A stretch of DNA of 64,000 nt from Blasia pusilla (Eukaryota): assembly GCA_050084515.1 (NCBI GenBank), contig CM114271.1:10416001-10480000 (forward strand), read 5' to 3'. The translations under genes and the position numbers were made by a program. Of this stretch, positions 61,052 to 64,000 are shown piece after piece; position 1 is the stretch's first letter, and each line of letters begins with the position of its first letter. The notes below the pieces were generated by a model. It worked only from the letters and a program-made list of their open reading frames with translations, did not search any database and was not told where the DNA came from.

Positions 61052-63986
61052 TCAGTTCGGGTAGGGTTGAGGCTCATGATACCGCCGAACATGCATCCCA
61101 TTGACACGAATTGGAAGTGCTTCGCCGTGTAAGGTCCCCAACTGCAATGATCCGTTATCATATATGGCCAATACCCGGTAGGGTCCCATCCGGTTCAATT
61201 TTAACTTTCCGGGGAACTTTATCCGACGGTTATCATACAACATCACGAGGTCCCCAACGCTTATAGATTGCGGCCGGAGATGTCGATCGTATTGTTGCTT
61301 GCGTTCGTTTTGCACACGTTTGGTCTGGCGTAAAGCCAACGTGCGTGCTTCCTCCAACGCAACTAAGGTCTCATTCCTTCCCTGGAAACCCTCCCCGACC
61401 GTCTCCGTTCTCGTTCCTTCCAACACTCGATAAGTGGGCAAAGCCCATTCAATAGGTGTTAAGGGATGAACGCCATAAGTCAGGAAGAACGGGGTATACT
61501 TTGTAGTAACCTTCTCGGCTGTTCGGTATGCCCACAATGTAGCGGCGATTTTCATATCCCAATCATAGGAATACGTAACCGTCAATCGCTTCAATATCCG
61601 GCAGATCAGGCCGTCAGATTTTTCAGTCAACCCGTTGGCTTTAGGGTTGTAGGGCGTGGTCTTCCGATGCTTAATGAGAAAGTGTGACGTTAAAGACTCA
61701 ATAGTCTGGTTCAGAAAATGGGTGCCTCGATCGCTTACTAATTCCAACGGGCAGCCATACCGGGTGATAATCATTTCGTATAAAAATTTGGCCACAGCCT
61801 CACTATCATCTTTGTGCGTGGCCACCGCCTCCACCATCTTGGTACAATAGTTGATAGCTATCAAAATATATTTTCGCCTTGTGTGGCGGGTAACGGGGGA
61901 AATAGGGCCCACAAAGTCAATACCCCATTTTTCAAACGGAGCTAGCGGCATGATGGGTATCAAAGGCCACCTTGAGGTAGCCGTTGGTCGACCTGCTCTT
62001 TGGCATGCATCACAACTTTGAATAAAGTTACCTACATCTTTGAACATAGTTGGCCACCAGTAACGTGCGGCCAAGATTTTCTTAACGATAATTTTAACAA
62101 CGTAGTGTCCACCAGAATCAACCGCATGCATGGCTTTGATGACGTGGGGGATTTCTTCTGCTTCCAAGCATCGCCGATACTCTTCATCCGCTCCTAATTT
62201 GAATAGTATCCCCTGGCATATCTCATAGGGTCCTATCTTATGTAAAAAGACTGCTTGTTCCTCCGCTGTCATAGGGGCGGGAAGTCGTAGAGTAATTAAG
62301 AAACGAAAAATATCTTCATAAAAGGATTGGCACAACCGGTCCTCCGTGATCTGGAACAGGTCTTCATCGGGAAAGGTGTCATCCACGGATTGTGTGAGGT
62401 CCGCGTTCGTCATCCTCAACCGGGAAAGAAAATCTGCGTTGGTATGAACCTTGCCGGCACGGGTAATGACATCAAATGTGAATTCTTGGATTAACAGAAT
62501 CCATCGCGCAATGCGACCTGACAGGTCCGCATTAACCATTAATGGTTGGAGCGCGAAATGATCTATATGGAAGACAAACTCATACCCTAATAAATAATGA
62601 CGGAACTTTTTGCACGAGAAGACCATGCCTAACGCCTCTCGTTCGGTAGTTGTATATTTCTATTCAGCTGAAGATAGTTTCCGCCTGCATAGTAAACCGG
62701 GAAACCATGTTTGTTCACATCCAGTTGGCTGAGCACCACTCCAATGGCAAAAGAGGATGTGTCCACATATACGTGGAAGGGTGTGGTCCAATCGGGGGAC
62801 CGAAGTACAAGAGCCTTTTGCAATGCTTCCTTTTGGGCTTCAAATGCCGCTTGGCAGGGTGAGGTCCACTCCCATTCGGTAGTTTTTTTAAGTAACCCGG
62901 TTAGGGCTCCTGCTTTCAGCGCATAATCCCTAATAAACCGTCAATAATATCCAACGTGTCCCAAGAACCTCTCAATTCACTGAAATTTGTGGGTGGTTCC
63001 AATGCGACTATAATATCCACTTTGGCCTTGTCGACTTCAATTCCTTGGGCCGACACTCTGTGCCCCAACAAAATCCCTTGTTTCATGGCAATATACGATT
63101 TTTCCGTATGGAGGGACAAATGCACTTCGCGACAACGAGTGAGGGTCAATTCTAATTTTTCCAAGTGTTCGGCTTCTGTACTGAAGATACAAAATTCGTC
63201 CAGGAAAATTTCAACAAACTTCCGCAGATACTCTTTGAAGATGGAGATCATCATCTATTGGAAGGTGGCCGGCGCATTGCACAACCCAAAGGGCATCACA
63301 CGATACGCGAAAGTTCCCCAGTCCGTGGTGAAAGTTGTGAGGTGCCGATCTTTTTCTCTTATGGATACCTGGTTATAACCCGAGTATCCATCCAAAAAGG
63401 TATAACGCTCGTGGCCGGCAAATTTGTCCAAAATGTTGTCAGTGAAAGGTAGGGGGTGATGGTCCTTTAAGGTGGCTGAATTCAATTTCCGATAATCCTG
63501 GCATACTCTGATATTTCCCGTTTGTTTTTTGGGTACAATTAAAATGGGCGATACCCACTTGCTACTTAACACAGGGTAAATTATTCATGCTTTGAGACGC
63601 TGGTCGATTTCGTCCTTGACTAACAATAAGTACTTCAGGTTGAGGCGATACTGCCTCATCCGTACCGGGACCGCACCTTCTTTTAGATCAATCTGGTGTT
63701 CACCATACCGTGCTGGAATGCATGTAATTTCATCCATGGAGTACGCAAACACATCCAAATACTCAAACAATAACTTTTTGTTCTTAATGAGTTTGGCTGG
63801 AGACAAATCCGCCGAGAGGCGTAGAGACTTCTGACATGTAATTAAGACCTGCATGTAGTCTTTTTCTTGAACCATATTTTCTGTGAGCTGGAATGTGCTA
63901 TGACCCAACTTCTCTTCCTCCCGGGTCGACCTCTGTTTGCTAGGTACCGACTCTTCATCTATTTCGTAGCATTCTAAATAGTACAA
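61052..63986 (-). pseudogene. pol: pol (RT, RNase H, integrase) with stops and frameshifts
   Basis: DYRKLN, LDGYSGYNQ, MPFGLCNAPATFQ, FLDEF, YVDTSSFAIG, CDACQR, WGIDFVGP, SDRGTHF, NGLTEK, GPY. Confidence 0.92.
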
Positions 63987-64000
63987 ATTAGACGAGGACT

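Larger units (their letters stand above)
57660..64000 (-). mobile_element. Non-chromoviral (Athila/Tat-like) Ty3/gypsy element; left boundary unresolved, continues off the right edge
   Basis: RT-RH-INT order, no chromodomain, extra ORF downstream of pol. Confidence 0.8.

Overview
Eukaryotic nuclear DNA from a non-seed land plant (probably a bryophyte, liverwort-like; this is inference from the TE protein families, GT-AG introns and TTAGGG-type promoter boxes). Only two apparently intact host genes are present. One is an intronless DTW-domain tRNA aminocarboxypropyltransferase (5170-6150 +). The other is a 4-exon DUF4602/C1orf131-like 40S biogenesis factor (54893-56615 +). Between them lies a ~47 kb island of nested, decayed transposons: (1) a four-level self-nested chromoviral Ty3/gypsy stack with four intact 5-bp TSDs; (2) a second LTR family whose tRNA-Asp PBS sits 16-19 nt from the LTR end; (3) a non-L1-like LINE with a (TC)n tail; (4) a CACTA terminus next to captured 5' fragments of a dynamin (DRP3) and a phytoene desaturase (PDS) gene, i.e. 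a Pack-CACTA-like chimera; (5) a Helitron2/Helentron-type RepHel with unidentified accessory genes; (6) a CRE-clade RT-RLE retrotransposon ending just upstream of the second host gene. Outside the two genes are a gypsy 5' end with a tRNA-Thr-like PBS (left edge) and an Athila-like element with an extra sense ORF and an antisense Cys-rich frame (right edge). All family assignments come from recalled motifs, not database searches.
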